The position numbers and the translations under genes are program-made. Below the pieces are notes generated by a model, which saw only the letters and a program-made list of their open reading frames with translations, had not been told where the DNA came from and did no database searches. Positions 62,667-64,000 of a stretch of DNA of 64,000 nucleotides are shown here, piece after piece (the first letter of the stretch is position 1; each line of letters begins with the position of its first letter). This DNA is from Octopus vulgaris. Taxonomy: Eukaryota. The DNA is taken from the NCBI GenBank assembly GCA_951406725.2, contig OX597823.1, forward strand, positions 34,286,001 to 34,350,000, written 5' to 3'.

Positions 62667-63286
62667 CACAGGCATAGCTGTTTCATTGAGAAGCTTGTTG
62701 CAAATCATGTGGTTTTGGTTTCAGTGCTACTGCATGGCACTTTGGACAAATGTCTTCCACTAAAGCCCTGCGAATGACCAAGACCTTATGAGTGTATTTT
62801 GGTAGATGGAAACTGAAAGAAGCCCATTGTGTGTGTGTGTGTGTGTGTGTATGTATTATCAGCATCATCATGCTCATTTAATATTGGGTGTTTTGATAGG
62901 ATCCAGCAAGCTGCAAGGCCACATCAGGCTCTACTGTCAGCTTTGGCACAATTTCTACAGCTGGATACCCTTTCTAATGCCATCCACTTTACAGTGTGTA
63001 CTGGATGTTTTTTCATATATACATGTGTGTGTGTGTGTATGTGCAGAGTGGTTGGTGTTAGAAAGGGCATTCAGCCATTAAAACCCTGCCAAAACAGAGT
63101 AGCATAGGGTAGTTATTCTACCCGACCAGCTCCTGTGAATCGTCCTAACCATGCATGCACAGAAGATGGACATTAGACAATGAGATGATATATATGTAAT
63201 ATTACGTATATATATATATATATACTTTATTTAAAGGCAGCAGAAATTCAACAAAACCTGTTACTCAGAGTTTCACGTTCCCGTCC

Positions 63287-63328
<42 letters not shown>

Positions 63329-63948
63329 TCTATATACAAATACATATGTATGTAAATGTGTGTGCACATGTGTGTTTGTGTGTCCCTTTGCCCAGACTTG
63401 TACCAAGGCAGGGAACTTTCTAGGTGCAATCCCATAGTCATTCATGACCGTAGGGGCTCTTCACCCTTTTACCCTATAAATATATATTTGTTTCATGTTT
63501 CTCTTTTCATGCTATGATGGGTTGGAGGAATGTGCACTGAAGCATTGTTTTTAGCACCAGATGCTCTTCTGGTTGCTGTTTTTCAAGGAAGGGATTTTAT
63601 TTTATATCACTTGTCTTTGAAAGCACAGAGCTAGGGGAGAATTTGTTGGCAAGAAGCAGTAAAATATTTTGGTTTTGCTCAAAGTTTTCCCTGCAAAGAA
63701 GTGAAACGTAAACATTCACAAGCATACGTGTATGGTACACTTTCTGTCTACCAATTCCATTAACAAAGCAATAAGTTCATCCAAGATGTTGTGCAGCCAA
63801 TGAGAAAGAACTTGAGATCATGTGCTTGTTTATTTTCTTTTAGCATGGTTTCTCCAGTTGGATCCCTTAATACCAACCATTTCACTGGGTGAACTGAGTG
63901 TATTTCATCCTGGCACCCACTAGTACTGATGAAGTTGTCAGGTCTTCC

Positions 63949-64000
63949 AGTTCTGTATTTTAGAGATGAGGAATTATGAACATTATTTACATTTGACACA
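63949..64000 (-). mobile_element. 3' tail of another copy of the same SINE, cut by the window edge
   Basis: AGTTCTGTATTTTAGAGATGAGGAATTATGAACATTATTTACATTTGACA matches 13054-13103. Confidence 0.75.

Overview
This is AT-rich, intron- and repeat-dense animal DNA. The SINE/LINE families and microsatellite load point to a coleoid cephalopod, most likely Octopus (inference). The only host gene is a USP12/USP46-family deubiquitinase on the minus strand. Eight coding exons can be spliced by eye (52834 down to stop at 10559, 351 aa, all GT-AG, phases consistent); the start-codon exon was not found. The rest is microsatellites, tRNA-derived SINEs, RTE and CR1/L2-type LINE fragments, mariner/pogo/piggyBac-type MITEs, and a 31-bp and a 64-bp tandem repeat. 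The most notable signal is a recurring class of small non-coding 'asymmetric hairpin' insertions (about 8 copies, several unrelated sequence families). One arm carries an extra 3' tail, three copies have 12-13 bp target-site duplications, and several sit in (TA)n. Three families carry degenerate minimal hammerhead-ribozyme cores, and one joins a tRNA-derived Pol III head to that core. This suggests a retrozyme/SINE system mobilised by Penelope-like elements. No single copy has a fully intact ribozyme core, so activity is unproven.
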